Part shown: piece by piece, positions 9,694 through 20,092 of the stretch
How positions within the stretch are numbered: position 1 is the first letter of the stretch
Layout: every line of letters begins with the position of its first letter
Source: Methanomicrobiales archaeon
GTDB taxonomy: Archaea; Halobacteriota; Methanomicrobia; Methanomicrobiales; JACTUA01
Assembly: GCA_015660865.1 (NCBI GenBank)
Contig: JACTUA010000002.1
Location: forward strand, 60,548-124,547
Reading direction: 5' to 3'
DNA length: 64,000 nt
Position numbers and translations under genes: made by a program
The notes under the pieces: generated by a model
The model's input: only the letters and a program-made list of their open reading frames with translations
The model's database searches: none
Told to the model about the DNA's origin: nothing

Positions 9694-10860
9694 ATGGACG
9701 ACACCGTCTCCAACAACATAGGCAGCGAGGGTGACCTCCTCCAGCTGAAGCTCGAGGTGCAGGAGCTCCAGGCCCAGGTCCTGGACCTCAGGATGAAGAA
9801 CGAGAGCCTCCAGAAGGAGCTCGCCCAGATGCGGAGGGAGAATGCCCAGCTGAAGAGGATGCCCCTCTTTGTCGCGGCCGTGGTTGAGGTGATGGAGAAC
9901 GGGGAGATCTACCTGCGGCAGCAGGGCAACAACCAGGAGTACATCACCCAGGCGAACGAGGAGCTCCACAAGACCCTGAAACCGGGGACCAAGGTTGCGG
10001 TGAACAATGCCCTCTCCATCGTGAAGATCATCGGGAACATCTACGATGCGCGGGTGAGGGTCATGGAGCTCGACGAATCCCCGGACGTGACCTTCGAGAG
10101 GATCGGGGGCCTCAAGAAGGAGATCGAGGAGGTGCGGGAGGCCGTGGAGTACCCGCTCACGAAACCCGAGGTCTTCCGGAGGCTCGGGGTCGAACCGCCG
10201 AAGGGGATCCTCCTCCACGGTCCCCCGGGGACGGGGAAGACCCTGATCGCAAAGGCGGTGGCCCACCAGGCGAAGGCCACCTTCATCCGGATGTCCGGGA
10301 GCGAGCTCGTCCACAAGTTCATCGGCGAGGGGGCGCAGCTCGTGCGGGAGCTCTTCACCCTTGCACGGGAGCGCGCGCCGTCCATCGTCTTCATCGACGA
10401 GATCGACGCCATCGCAAGCCACCGGACCCACGACGGCACAAGCGGGAGCGCCGAGGTCCAGCGGACCCTGATGCAGCTCCTCGCCGAGATGGACGGGTTC
10501 GACAACCGCGGGGATGTGCGGATCATGGCGGCAACGAACCGGGTGGATATGCTCGATCTCGCGATCCTCCGGCCCGGCCGATTCGACCGGCTCGTGGAGA
10601 TCCCGCTGCCCGATGCAGGGGCGAGGAGGGAGATCCTGAAGATCCACTCGGCCCCGATGCATCTCGGGAAGATCGACCTCGAGGAGATCGTGAAGTTGAC
10701 CGAGCAGACCACAGGCGCCGATCTCCAGGCTATCTGCCGCGAGGCGGGGATGAATGCGGTCAGGAGGGGGGCAGACGAGGTGGAGCAGTCCGATCTCCTT
10801 GCCGGGGTCAAAAAAGTGAGGAACGAACCGCCGGCCATGGACAACCGGATGTATACGTAA
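9694..10860 (+). CDS. pan: proteasome-activating nucleotidase (PAN), paralogue 1
   Basis: Contains a coiled coil, an OB region and an AAA+ domain (GPPGTGKT Walker A, VFIDEID Walker B). The C-terminus ...NRMYT fits the HbYX motif. The ATG at 9694 was chosen over the track start at 9538, which overlaps the divergent gene. Confidence 0.9.
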   Translation: MDDTVSNNIGSEGDLLQLKLEVQELQAQVLDLRMKNESLQKELAQMRRENAQLKRMPLFVAAVVEVMENGEIYLRQQGNNQEYITQANEELHKTLKPGTKVAVNNALSIVKIIGNIYDARVRVMELDESPDVTFERIGGLKKEIEEVREAVEYPLTKPEVFRRLGVEPPKGILLHGPPGTGKTLIAKAVAHQAKATFIRMSGSELVHKFIGEGAQLVRELFTLARERAPSIVFIDEIDAIASHRTHDGTSGSAEVQRTLMQLLAEMDGFDNRGDVRIMAATNRVDMLDLAILRPGRFDRLVEIPLPDAGARREILKIHSAPMHLGKIDLEEIVKLTEQTTGADLQAICREAGMNAVRRGADEVEQSDLLAGVKKVRNEPPAMDNRMYT

Positions 10861-10881
10861 CCCCTTCATCCGGTTCCCGGG

Positions 10882-10918
10882 CTGACCCTATCTTTTTTCT
10901 TTGGGCGTAAAGGGTCAG
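10882..10918. terminator. T-tract (TCTTTTTTCTTT) inside a CTGACCC/GGGTCAG inverted repeat between convergent genes
   Basis: Read directly from the sequence. Oligo-T tracts are the usual archaeal termination signal. Confidence 0.35.
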
Positions 10919-11328
10919 GCGTAGTTCATGACAGCATCATCGGCCGCCGGATGAGAGGGACTTCTCCGGCCCCTCTTCATCCTCGCGAAGATCTCGTCGC
11001 CATACATGCCATAGAGGCGGCCGAGGTGGTTCGTCATATGGTGCATCTCGGAACGGTACTCCCGTGAGTACTTCCTTCCGTTCTCCGCGAGCTTGTGAAG
11101 ATACCGGACAAACTGCGGATGGGCCGCAGGGCAACGCTCCTCGATCATCTTCAGGAAGAGGTGCTTGAACTCGAGGTCTGATATCACAGCGAGGATCCCG
11201 TAGTACTCTAAGCGTGCCTTCGGGATTCCCCGGTTCTCTTCCATGATCGCGGCTATCTCGGTCACCGCATTCATGACATCGGTCGCGTTAACCCATGGCT
11301 GGAGGTTCTGCTGCTTCATAGGGATCAT
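10915..11328 (-). CDS. hypothetical protein (predicted all-helical, no family recognised)
   Basis: 137-aa ORF with coding-like composition. It is preceded by an unusually AT-rich 200-bp region. Confidence 0.5.
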   Translation of the reverse strand: MIPMKQQNLQPWVNATDVMNAVTEIAAIMEENRGIPKARLEYYGILAVISDLEFKHLFLKMIEERCPAAHPQFVRYLHKLAENGRKYSREYRSEMHHMTNHLGRLYGMYGDEIFARMKRGRRSPSHPAADDAVMNYA

Positions 11329-11344
11329 CTGTGGGTATGGTTGG

Positions 11345-11360
11345 TATGCAGCGCTGCATA
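11345..11360. promoter_or_regulatory. perfect 16-bp palindrome TATGCAGCGCTGCATA
   Basis: Read directly from the sequence. It lies 17 nt upstream of the ATG of the 10915-11328 gene. Confidence 0.3.
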
Positions 11361-11647
11361 AAAATAAATAGTCTTAAAAGTATATATAATTTGCTATTCA
11401 ACAATATCAAAAAACAATGTATGTTAAACTATTTCACATTGATTAAACATTAGATTATGATTTAAGGCCCAATGCAGGTATATAGAAAAAGAAAAAGACA
11501 TTTATAATTTTATAATGGTTTAATCACCGAGTTAATCACCCTGATAAGAAAAACCCCGGTACCATAAACAGATATCCTCAAATAGGTCCTCTGTCCGAAG
11601 TGGTCCGCCGTCGTTCAGCTGAAATACCGGTAAAAATCCGGCCCTTC

Positions 11648-11893
11648 CTAATTGAATCTCATGAGCATGACGAGGATATTGCTCCCCACGATGGCAAGGA
11701 CGAGCCAGGCGCTCACCCAGAACCAGACCCCCTGGGCCAGGAGAAAGGTCGCCCATAAGAGCCCGACCAGGCTGATGAGCCAGAAGAAGAGCCATGTTCT
11801 CAGGTCGCCTATAGGAACCACCTTACAGAACAGGATCAGAGTCCATGTATCTTGAATTTGTTGGCTTCCGGCATCTCCTGATTCCCGGAGCAA
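11648..11893 (-). CDS. hypothetical small membrane protein (start uncertain)
   Basis: The C-terminal ~55 aa are strongly hydrophobic (WLFFWLISLVGLLWATFLL..VSAWLVLAIVG). The track start is a TTG inside a 9-bp-stem hairpin (11880-11906), so the true start is probably further downstream. Confidence 0.3.
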   Translation of the reverse strand: MLRESGDAGSQQIQDTWTLILFCKVVPIGDLRTWLFFWLISLVGLLWATFLLAQGVWFWVSAWLVLAIVGSNILVMLMRFN

Positions 11894-11974
11894 GCAGCCG
11901 GGAATCCCGGAAGGGCCCAGGAAATCCAGTGGATCTCTTGTTTCCCTGAGAGCACGTACCTGGGCCAGGGGGAT

Positions 11975-13108
11975 TCACCTCCCGGCATCCCTCAACTTCG
12001 TAACATACCTCGAGATAAGGCCTTTTTTCTGCATCTCCTCCCTCCCCTCCTCAATCTTCAGGAGACGCTGATACAGCTTGCGTTCCTCGGCCGTTGTCTT
12101 CTCCGGAGTATCGATCTTTATCCTGACGAGAAGGTCTCCGGTCCGGTTACGCACCTTCACTCCCTTGCCCCCGACCCTGATGATTGTCTCATGCTGTACT
12201 CCCGGGGGGATCTCAACCCGGATCCCCCTTCCATCTGCCGTCTCCAATTCGGTGCTCGATCCAAGAGCTGCCCGGGCAGGCGAGATGTGAACTGCGATCT
12301 CGAGATCATCGCCGTGCCTCGTGAACCTGGGGTGGGGAAGGACCAGTACCTCCACATAGAGATCGCCATCCGGGATCTCGTGATCCCTGGATTCCCCGAG
12401 CCCCTCCTTCCTGATACGCATACCGCTGTCGATCCCGGGGGGAATATGGACCGTCACCCTTCTCGTGACCTGGGTCGCTCCCCACCCGGCGCACAGGCTG
12501 CATGGTGCTTCGGGAATCCTCCCCTTTCCGCCGCATTCCCTGCATGGGGGCGGAGCCGGATCGACGACTCCCATCGAACCCGCGCTTCTCTCCCTCCCGC
12601 TGCCACCGCAGCGGGGGCAGGGGCGGACCTTTCGCACCGTGCTGCCCGTGCCTTCGCAGGAGGCGCAGCGGGAGGCATACGGGACCTCGATCACCTTCTC
12701 GCTGCCAAAGAGAGCCTCCTCAAGGGTGATCTGGATCCGGACGAGGATGTCGGATGCCGACCTGGGCCGGAAGTCCTTTTCGGACCCCCAGGCCCTTTCT
12801 GAGAAGAAGAGATCGAAGATATCGCTGAATCCCCGGAACTCCGAAGGGCCATGCGGACCGGGGAAGTCCCGGGATCCGGCCTGGGATCTCCTGTACCGGT
12901 CATGCCCCATTGCATCGTACCGGCCGCGTTCCTCGTGATCCGACAGCACCCGGTATGCCTCGTTGATCCTCTTGAACCGGTCCTCGGCCCCGGGTTCCCG
13001 GCAGATGTCCGGGTGGAGTTGTCTCGCGAGGATCCGGTAGGCGTGCTTGATCTCCCGGTCCGTGGCATCCCTTGAAACCCCGAGGATCTCGTAGTAGGTC
13101 TCAGCCAT
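11975..13108 (-). CDS. dnaJ: chaperone DnaJ (type I: J-domain plus CxxCxGxG zinc-finger repeats)
   Basis: J-domain YYEILGV...HPD and four CxxCxGxG-type motifs (CASCEGTG, CPRCGGSG, CRECGGKG, CSLCAGWG). Start taken at MAETYYEILGV (13108). No dnaK or grpE is adjacent. Confidence 0.85.
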   Translation of the reverse strand: MAETYYEILGVSRDATDREIKHAYRILARQLHPDICREPGAEDRFKRINEAYRVLSDHEERGRYDAMGHDRYRRSQAGSRDFPGPHGPSEFRGFSDIFDLFFSERAWGSEKDFRPRSASDILVRIQITLEEALFGSEKVIEVPYASRCASCEGTGSTVRKVRPCPRCGGSGRERSAGSMGVVDPAPPPCRECGGKGRIPEAPCSLCAGWGATQVTRRVTVHIPPGIDSGMRIRKEGLGESRDHEIPDGDLYVEVLVLPHPRFTRHGDDLEIAVHISPARAALGSSTELETADGRGIRVEIPPGVQHETIIRVGGKGVKVRNRTGDLLVRIKIDTPEKTTAEERKLYQRLLKIEEGREEMQKKGLISRYVTKLRDAGR

Positions 13109-13374
13109 GCCTGCAACCCAGCTCCGATCTGCCTGACAACCCGCCAGTGGAGGATTCACTCCGAAGGGGGGTGTCCCTTTGGTCCCTACCCGTCCCGTCC
13201 GTCCCGGGAATGAACTATTATACTGAATCTTCTATCAAATATCCTGATATATTATTCCCTGCCCCAATCCCGGCCGATCTGAGCGACCTGGCTCTACCAA
13301 CCGGATGCCGGGATCCGAAGGTCCAGGCGTTCGGCTGACACTCAGGGCGTAATGACCTTCTTCCCGGTACCCTG

Positions 13375-13542
13375 TTATCCTTTCGCGTAATGGTTCACTA
13401 TCCAGCCGGCGGCTACCACGACAACGATGAGCGGGAGCCACGGGATCGGGATCGGGATCCAGTGCATCTCGACAGCAAGCCACAGGAGGCCCAGCACAAG
13501 GACGACGAACGCAAAGGTGGGGAATTTCTTGCCCATTGACAT
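13375..13542 (-). CDS. hypothetical small membrane protein
   Basis: The ~55-aa hydrophobic core is MSMGKKFPTFAFVVLVLGLLWLAV...LPLIVVVVAAGWIV. The upstream part of the track ORF looks non-coding. Confidence 0.3.
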   Translation of the reverse strand: MSMGKKFPTFAFVVLVLGLLWLAVEMHWIPIPIPWLPLIVVVVAAGWIVNHYAKG

Positions 13543-13756
13543 CACCGTTTGGATAAAGGAGCGAGAGAAATGGATAAGAGTTTGTATTTTCCTTTCTGGC
13601 ACGTGAAAGAACCGAATCCGGGGAGCCGATCCACGCACAATTGGCCTCCCTCTTCCTCCCATAGCGGGGACCTGTCCAGGTCATCCCCTTGCCCCCCCTC
13701 CCGCTCGCGTGAGAGAACCTCCACCTATTATGTATCGGGAAGAAGAACACTCGCGT

Positions 13757-15241
13757 ATGAAGTGGGCACTCCTCTCGGTGTGGGACAAGACAGGCCTCGT
13801 CGAGCTTGCCAGGGATCTCGGAGGGCACGGGGTTGAGATCCTCGCATCGGGCGGGACAGGGAAGGCCCTCAGGGAGAGAGGTATCGGTTTCCTTGAGATC
13901 TCCGAGTACACCGGTTCCCCGGAGATGATGGACGGGAGGGTGAAGACCCTCCACCCGAAGATCCACGCCGGCCTCCTCAGCCGGAGGGGGGTGGACGACA
14001 GGGTGATGGAGTCCCACGGCATCCATCCCATCGATCTCCTGGTCACCAACCTCTATCCCTTCGAGATGATGACCTCACAGGGCCTCCCCCTGGCCGAGCT
14101 CATGGAGTTCATTGATGTTGGGGGGCCGGCCATGATCCGGGCGGCGGCGAAGAACTACCGGCATGTTGCCGCGGTGGTGGACCCGGCAGAGTATCCCCTC
14201 GTGAACAGTGCCCTTGAGAGGGGCGGTTTCACCGAGGAGGAGCGTTTCACCCTCGCGAGGAAGGCCTTTGCCCGCACCGCCGCGTACGACGCCGCGATAA
14301 GCAACTATCTCCATTCGCTGGACGGGCCCCTTCCGCAGGTCTACACCGTCCAGGCGCGAAACGGGAGGATACTCCGGTACGGGGAGAACCCCCACCAGGT
14401 CGGGGCCGTGTACGGCGAGGCGGGGATCGCCGGGGAGGTGCCCCTCCAGGGAAAGGAGATGTCCTTCAACAACTACCTCGACATGGACGCCGCAGTGGCC
14501 CTCCTTCGGGAGTTCGACGAGACCTGCTGCGTCTGCGTCAAGCATAACAACCCGTGCGGTGTCGCCACGGGGGATGACCTGAGGGAGACCTATATCGCTG
14601 CCCGGGAGGTCGACCCGGACTCGTCCTACGGGGGAATCGTTGCCCTGAACCGGGAGGTGGATGCCGGAGTGGCAAGGGAGATCTGCAGGACCTTCATCGA
14701 GCTCGTCATCGCCCCATCTTTCACCGGCGATGCCCTCGAGGTATTCCGTGGGAAGGAGAAGATGCGGGTCCTCTCCCTCCATGAGCCGGCCGGAGGGGTC
14801 TCCCTCCGGTCCATCGATGGCGGCCTCCTCGTCCAGAAGACCCCTCCCTTCACCGAGCACTGGAAGGTGGTGACCGAGCGGGACCCCACCGCCTCCGAGC
14901 TCCAGGGGCTCAAGCTCGCCTGGAGGGTCTGCAAGCATGCGAGGTCCAATGCCATCGTCTTTGCCGACCAGACGAGGACCCTCGGAATCGGGGCAGGCCA
15001 GACAAGCAGGGTGGATGCCGCACGGATAGCCGTCATGAAGGCCCGGTTCCCGCTGAAGGGATCTTCCGTCGCATCGGATGCCTTCCTCCCCTTCCCGGAC
15101 ACCCTCGAGGAGGCGGCGAGATCCGGGGCGACCGCCCTCGTCCAGCCCGGGGGATCCATCCGGGACCGTGAGGTCATCGAGACGGCAAACCGGCTGGACG
15201 TGACGATGATCTTCACGGGCGTCCGCCACTTCCGGCACTGA
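13757..15241 (+). CDS. purH: bifunctional AICAR transformylase / IMP cyclohydrolase
   Basis: Has an MGS-like N-domain (ALLSVWDKTGLVELA) and an AICARFT domain (YGENPHQ, KHNNPCG, GGSIRD). Start at MKWALLSV. Confidence 0.9.
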   Translation: MKWALLSVWDKTGLVELARDLGGHGVEILASGGTGKALRERGIGFLEISEYTGSPEMMDGRVKTLHPKIHAGLLSRRGVDDRVMESHGIHPIDLLVTNLYPFEMMTSQGLPLAELMEFIDVGGPAMIRAAAKNYRHVAAVVDPAEYPLVNSALERGGFTEEERFTLARKAFARTAAYDAAISNYLHSLDGPLPQVYTVQARNGRILRYGENPHQVGAVYGEAGIAGEVPLQGKEMSFNNYLDMDAAVALLREFDETCCVCVKHNNPCGVATGDDLRETYIAAREVDPDSSYGGIVALNREVDAGVAREICRTFIELVIAPSFTGDALEVFRGKEKMRVLSLHEPAGGVSLRSIDGGLLVQKTPPFTEHWKVVTERDPTASELQGLKLAWRVCKHARSNAIVFADQTRTLGIGAGQTSRVDAARIAVMKARFPLKGSSVASDAFLPFPDTLEEAARSGATALVQPGGSIRDREVIETANRLDVTMIFTGVRHFRH

Positions 15242-15362
15242 GTCTCCGCCGGCGAAATAAGAAAACGTTTTCAGGAACCGTTTCCTTTTTTTGGCGTTTA
15301 TGGAAGGATTTCAGGGATATGTTTATATACAGGGGGAAAAAGAATCCCGGTACGGTGAGAAA

Positions 15363-16019
15363 ATGGACATCGGCAAAGCATTGAACGAATCTATCGAATA
15401 TGCAAAGGACGCCGTCTGGGGGAAGTGGGCGAGGTGGATCCTCCTCATCATCAGCAGCATCATCTTCCCACTCATCCTTGGGTACGTGCTGGAGATGTTG
15501 CGGGCCAAGAAACCGGCACCTGAACTTGAAAACTGGGGAAAGCTGTTCATTGACGGGGTAAAGCTCTTCGTCATTGGGTTAATCTACCTAATCCCGGTCT
15601 TCATTGTTATGTTCATCTTCTACGGTGCAGGATTCTTCGCTTTCATGACCGGATCCCCAATGGGTGTTATTTCAGGTTTGGGATTCATTGGTACCATCAT
15701 CACTGCAATCGTCTTTATCATAGTCGCCCTCGTGGAAGTGATCGGAATCGCCCGCTTCGCCCGCATGGGACAGATGGGTGAGGCATTTAACTTCACAGCG
15801 ATCCTGGATAGGATCGGGAAGATCGGCTGGGGATCCTACATCATCGCCCTCATCATCGTTGGCATCGTCGCCTGTATCATCGAGATCATCCTCAGGGCGA
15901 TACCATTCATCGGCTGGCTCCTCCTCCTCATCGTCGCCCCGGCCCTGATCATCTTCATTGCCCGGTATTTCTGCCTCGTCTACGACAGCGTTCCGGCCAA
16001 AGCCCCGCCGGCCCCCTGA
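15363..16019 (+). CDS. DUF4013-like polytopic membrane protein
   Basis: Start at MDIGKAL. The N-terminal amphipathic segment is followed by 4-5 TM helices, which resembles the archaeal DUF4013 layout. Assignment is from memory of the family and is not verified. Confidence 0.55.
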   Translation: MDIGKALNESIEYAKDAVWGKWARWILLIISSIIFPLILGYVLEMLRAKKPAPELENWGKLFIDGVKLFVIGLIYLIPVFIVMFIFYGAGFFAFMTGSPMGVISGLGFIGTIITAIVFIIVALVEVIGIARFARMGQMGEAFNFTAILDRIGKIGWGSYIIALIIVGIVACIIEIILRAIPFIGWLLLLIVAPALIIFIARYFCLVYDSVPAKAPPAP

Positions 16020-16093
16020 ACCCAACCTTTTTTCCGCGGAACGAACAGCAACCTTTAAACAGACCCCCTCCAAAAGGGAGGGTTGGTGAGTTT

Positions 16094-16366
16094 ATGTCCG
16101 TGCTCAAGCATGTGGGAGTACTATCTGCTGCAAAGATCATGGCCCTCCTCGGGCTCGTATTTGGCCTGATCTATGGAGCGTTCTTCTCTGCCCTCCTGCC
16201 GATGATGCCAGGAGTTTCTGCCTTTACTACCATGGGGGCAGTCGGGTTAATCATCGGGGGTATTATCTTTGGCGCCATCGGTGGCTTCATCTATGGGGCT
16301 GTCGTCGCCTTCCTATACAACGTCTTTGCAGGCTGGATCGGCGGGGTCCAGATCGATCTGGTCTGA
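16094..16366 (+). CDS. small 3-TM membrane protein, paralogue A
   Basis: 90-aa ORF that shares the N-terminal VLKxxGVLSxAKxM and C-terminal YNxFAGWIGGVxI motifs with the next ORF. Confidence 0.55.
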   Translation: MSVLKHVGVLSAAKIMALLGLVFGLIYGAFFSALLPMMPGVSAFTTMGAVGLIIGGIIFGAIGGFIYGAVVAFLYNVFAGWIGGVQIDLV

Positions 16367-16528
16367 TCCCTGAAATTCCACCCTTTTGTCTGTCCCGTGG
16401 TTGTTGCCCGACCCTTGGTGCGGTCCTGTTTGCAGGAACCGGCAGGATGGCGAAGCCCCTCCTTTTTTCCAGAGAGATTAGGAATTTTTAAATAGCCAAT
16501 GCCCCTTTCAATGACGTGAGGTGGAACC

Positions 16529-16816
16529 ATGGTAGTCCTCAAAAAGATCGGAGTGCTCTCGCTTGCAAAGATGATGACCCTCTTCGGACTGATCTGGGGA
16601 ATTATTTCGGGAATCATTCGTGGAGCTCTCGTTGAGTTGTATGCGCCTATTATGGGGCCGGTCGGGAGATGGGGCCTCACGGCATTCGGAGGGATCGCCA
16701 CCTTCATCCTCATGGTCATCCTGGGGATTATCGGTGGCTTCATCCTGGGTGCCGTCATCGCATTCTTCTACAATCTCTTTGCGGGTTGGATCGGGGGAGT
16801 TGAGATCGGTACCTGA
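16529..16816 (+). CDS. small 3-TM membrane protein, paralogue B
   Basis: 95-aa ORF homologous to 16094-16366. It has its own T-tract and a TTTTTAAATAG promoter-like box upstream. Confidence 0.55.
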   Translation: MVVLKKIGVLSLAKMMTLFGLIWGIISGIIRGALVELYAPIMGPVGRWGLTAFGGIATFILMVILGIIGGFILGAVIAFFYNLFAGWIGGVEIGT

Positions 16817-16956
16817 TAATTTATCTATCCCTCTTTCTCCAACCCCTCTGATCTCCCAAAGATCCCTTTTCGACCCGCGTGGCGCGAACCTATTTATATT
16901 ATGCCTCCGCACCTATCATCGGTGTTCAGCCATGAGGGATTGTTTTATCTGCTGAA

Positions 16957-18435
16957 ATGCGCTTTTTTGACACCACGTTGAGGGATGGTGAACAGACACC
17001 CGGGGTGTCGCTTTCACCCGTTGAGAAACTCGAGATCGCCCGGAAGCTCTCGGAGATCGGCGTCCATGTGGTAGAGGCCGGCTCGGCCGCAGCCTCGGAG
17101 GGCGAGCGGGAGGCGATCCGGCTCATCGCAGAGGATGGCCTCTCTGCCGAGATCTGCACCTATGTCCGGGCGCTCCGCCAGGACATCGACTATGCCGCCG
17201 ACCTGGGGGCAGATTCGGTCCATCTTGTCATTCCGGTGAGCGACCTCCATATCGAGAAGAAGCTCCGGAAGAGCAGGGACCAGGTCTGCGCCATGGCCTG
17301 GGAGGCGGTGGAGTACGCGAAGGGGAGGGGGCTCATCGTGGAGCTATCCGGCGAGGATGCCTCGCGGGCAGACCAGGAGTTCGTCCGGCATATCTTCTCC
17401 GAGGGCGTGAAACGCGGGGCTGACAGGCTCTGCTTCTGCGATACCGTCGGACTTCTCACCCCGGAGCGGGCCGCGGAGGTCGTCCCGGCCCTTGCCGCCA
17501 TCGCACCCCTCTCGATCCACTGCCATGATGACCTTGGGGTTGCCATGGCGAATACCCTTGCCGCGCTCAAGGCCGGTGCAACCTGCGCCCATGTCACGGT
17601 GAACGGCCTCGGGGAACGCGCCGGGAATACCCCGTTCGAGGAGCTCGTCATGGCCCTGGAGGTCCTCTACAATGTCCGGACCGGTATCAGGATCGGCGAG
17701 ATCTACCATCTCGCCTCCCTGGTCTCGCGGCTCACGAAGGTGCCCCTCGCCACGAACAAGGCGATCGTCGGGGAGATGGCCTTCACCCACGAGAGCGGGA
17801 TCCATGCCCACGGGGTCCTCCGGGAATCGAGCACCTACGAGCCCATCCGGCCCGAAATGATCGGGCGGAAGAGGAGGATCGTCCTCGGCAAGCACTCGGG
17901 GACCGCATCGGTGGAGGCCGCCCTCCAGGAGTTGAGCTACCGGGCGGACAAGAGGCAGGTCGCCGAGATCGTCTCCCGGATCAAGAAGCTCGGGGACGAG
18001 GGAAAGCGGGTCACCGATGCCGACCTCATGGCCATCGCCGAGACGGTCCTCGGCCTCGAGGTGAGCCCTGTTCTCACCCTGCGCCAGTTCACCGTTGTCT
18101 CGGGGTCCCACGTGGTCCCCACTGCGTCCGTGACGCTCATGGTGAATGGGAAGGAGATCACCGGGGCCTCAACGGGAGATGGACCGGTCGATGCGGCCAT
18201 CTCGTCCCTCCAGAAGTCGGTGGCTGCCGTGGGGAACATCCATCTCGAGGAGTACCACGTGGACGCGATCACGGGGGGCACCGAGGCCCTTGTCGACGTG
18301 ACGGTAAGGTTAAGTAAAGACGGGAAGATAATTACTTCTCGCGGCGCAAGCACCGATATCATCATGGCGTCCGTCGAGGCGGTCATCGCCGGTATGAACA
18401 GGCTGTTGAGGGAAGAGGATGAAGTCCGGAGCTAA
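16957..18435 (+). CDS. cimA: (R)-citramalate synthase / 2-isopropylmalate synthase family
   Basis: N-terminus [16 protein letters not shown], an HxH metal site (HCHDDLG) and a LeuA-dimer-type C-terminal domain. The ~490-aa length and ilvBN neighbourhood fit archaeal CimA, but the CimA/LeuA distinction cannot be made by eye. Confidence 0.8.
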   Translation: MRFFDTTLRDGEQTPGVSLSPVEKLEIARKLSEIGVHVVEAGSAAASEGEREAIRLIAEDGLSAEICTYVRALRQDIDYAADLGADSVHLVIPVSDLHIEKKLRKSRDQVCAMAWEAVEYAKGRGLIVELSGEDASRADQEFVRHIFSEGVKRGADRLCFCDTVGLLTPERAAEVVPALAAIAPLSIHCHDDLGVAMANTLAALKAGATCAHVTVNGLGERAGNTPFEELVMALEVLYNVRTGIRIGEIYHLASLVSRLTKVPLATNKAIVGEMAFTHESGIHAHGVLRESSTYEPIRPEMIGRKRRIVLGKHSGTASVEAALQELSYRADKRQVAEIVSRIKKLGDEGKRVTDADLMAIAETVLGLEVSPVLTLRQFTVVSGSHVVPTASVTLMVNGKEITGASTGDGPVDAAISSLQKSVAAVGNIHLEEYHVDAITGGTEALVDVTVRLSKDGKIITSRGASTDIIMASVEAVIAGMNRLLREEDEVRS

Positions 18436-20092
18436 GATACTCATTGAAGGACTCCAGCGCGAGGGGGTCGAGACCATCTTCGGCTACCCCGGCGGAGTTG
18501 TGCTGCCCATCTACGACGAGCTGTACAATGCACCCATCCGGCACATCCTGGTACGCCACGAACAGGCGGCCGCCCATGCGGCGGACGGGTTTGCCCGGGC
18601 GAGCGGGCGCGTCGGTGTCTGCCTGGCGACCTCCGGCCCCGGGGCATGCAACCTGGTCACCGGTATCGCCACGGCCTACATGGACTCCGTGCCCATCGTC
18701 GCGCTCACCGGCCAGGTGCCGACAAATCTCCTGGGGAACGACGCCTTCCAGGAGGCGGACATCTCGGGGATCACCCTCCCCATCACGAAGCACTCCTACC
18801 TGGTGAAGGATACCCGTGACCTCTCCCGGGTGATCAGGGAAGCGTTCTTCGTCGCGAGGACGGGACGGCCCGGCCCGGTCCTCATCGATCTCCCGAAGGA
18901 CATCTCCACGAACCAGGTCGAGGACGTCCCTCTGAAGGATCCGGTCTTCCTCAGAGGTTACCAGCCGACCCTGAAGGGGCATACGAGGCAGATCGAGAAG
19001 GCGCTCTCGCTCCTTGCCACGGCCGAGCGCCCCGTGATCTACGCGGGCGGGGGGATCATCGCCTCGAACGCCTCAGGTGAGCTCGTGGAGCTTGCCGAGC
19101 GGTTCATGATCCCTGTCACCACCACCCTCATGGGTATCGGCTGTATCCCCTGCGACCATCCCCTGAACCTGGGGATGCTCGGGATGCACGGGACCGAGTA
19201 CGCGAACTTCGCGATCACCGAGTGCGACCTCCTCCTTGCCATCGGGGTCAGGTTCGACGACCGGGTCACGGGCAAGGTCTCCACCTTCGCCCCCCATGCG
19301 AAGATCATCCACATCGACGTCGATCCTGCCGAGATCGGGAAGAACAAGCCGATCGACGTCCCCATCGTCGGGGACGCCAGGGCCGTCCTCCAGGCCATGC
19401 TCCAGAAGATCGAGAAGGGGGGCGGACGGGAGAACTGGCTCGAGAAGATCCGGATGTGGAAGAAGAAGCACCCACTCAAGTACGAGGAGGATGGAAAGCT
19501 CAGGCCCCAGTTCATCATCCAGGAACTCTCGAACCTCCTGAAAGGGGAGGGGATCATCGTCTCCGAGGTCGGGCAGAACCAGATGTGGACCGCCCAGTAC
19601 TACTGCTTCAGGAGGCCGAGGTCCTGGCTCACCTCGGGCGGCCTCGGGACCATGGGCTACGGTTTCCCTGCCTCGATGGGCGCTCACTTCGCCCGGCCCG
19701 ACGAGGTCGTCTTTGACATCGCCGGGGACGGGTCATTCCAGATGAACATCCAGGAGCTGGGGACCGTCTCGCACTACAAAATACCGGTGAAGGTCGCCAT
19801 CCTGAACAACATGTTCCTCGGGATGGTCAGGCAGTGGCAGGAGCTCTTCTACGACCGCCGGTACTCCTTCACCGAGCTCCCGCCCGTCGATTTCGTGAAG
19901 ATCGCCGCAGCCTACGGGGTCGACGGGATGCGGGTTGACTCCCCCGACGGGGTGAGGGAGGCGCTGAAGACGGCCATCGAGACCGAGGGGCCCTTTGTCC
20001 TGGACTTCCGGATCGAGCGGGAGGAGAACGTCTTCCCCATGGTCCCGGCAGGGGCTGCCATCAACGAGATGATCGGGGGGCACCCGAGATGA
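18419..20092 (+). CDS. ilvB: acetolactate synthase large (catalytic) subunit
   Basis: 557-aa ThDP enzyme (GYPGG, GPGATN-like [29 protein letters not shown]). Confidence 0.9.
   Translation: MKSGAKILIEGLQREGVETIFGYPGGVVLPIYDELYNAPIRHILVRHEQAAAHAADGFARASGRVGVCLATSGPGACNLVTGIATAYMDSVPIVALTGQVPTNLLGNDAFQEADISGITLPITKHSYLVKDTRDLSRVIREAFFVARTGRPGPVLIDLPKDISTNQVEDVPLKDPVFLRGYQPTLKGHTRQIEKALSLLATAERPVIYAGGGIIASNASGELVELAERFMIPVTTTLMGIGCIPCDHPLNLGMLGMHGTEYANFAITECDLLLAIGVRFDDRVTGKVSTFAPHAKIIHIDVDPAEIGKNKPIDVPIVGDARAVLQAMLQKIEKGGGRENWLEKIRMWKKKHPLKYEEDGKLRPQFIIQELSNLLKGEGIIVSEVGQNQMWTAQYYCFRRPRSWLTSGGLGTMGYGFPASMGAHFARPDEVVFDIAGDGSFQMNIQELGTVSHYKIPVKVAILNNMFLGMVRQWQELFYDRRYSFTELPPVDFVKIAAAYGVDGMRVDSPDGVREALKTAIETEGPFVLDFRIEREENVFPMVPAGAAINEMIGGHPR

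Noticed and set aside
9670-10869. 399-aa ORF antisense to PAN paralogue 1
   Set aside because: It lies entirely within and opposite a gene with unmistakable AAA+ motifs. Its translation is low-complexity (rich in Arg, Pro, Gly, Leu, His and Asp), typical of antisense frames in G+C-rich DNA.
11329-11545. AT-rich island as a replication origin
   Set aside because: No cdc6/orc1 gene is adjacent, and I could not find repeated ORB or mini-ORB boxes flanking an unwinding element. Only one palindrome and one short direct repeat are present.
13162-13173. Short matches to the repeat element: CGAAGGGGGGTG at 13162-13173, and CCATCCACCTCACCAACACC at 48756-48775 resembling 24645-24668
   Set aside because: Only 12 to ~17 nt with gaps and no flanking similarity. 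These could be chance matches in G+C-rich DNA or highly eroded copies, and that cannot be decided from this window.
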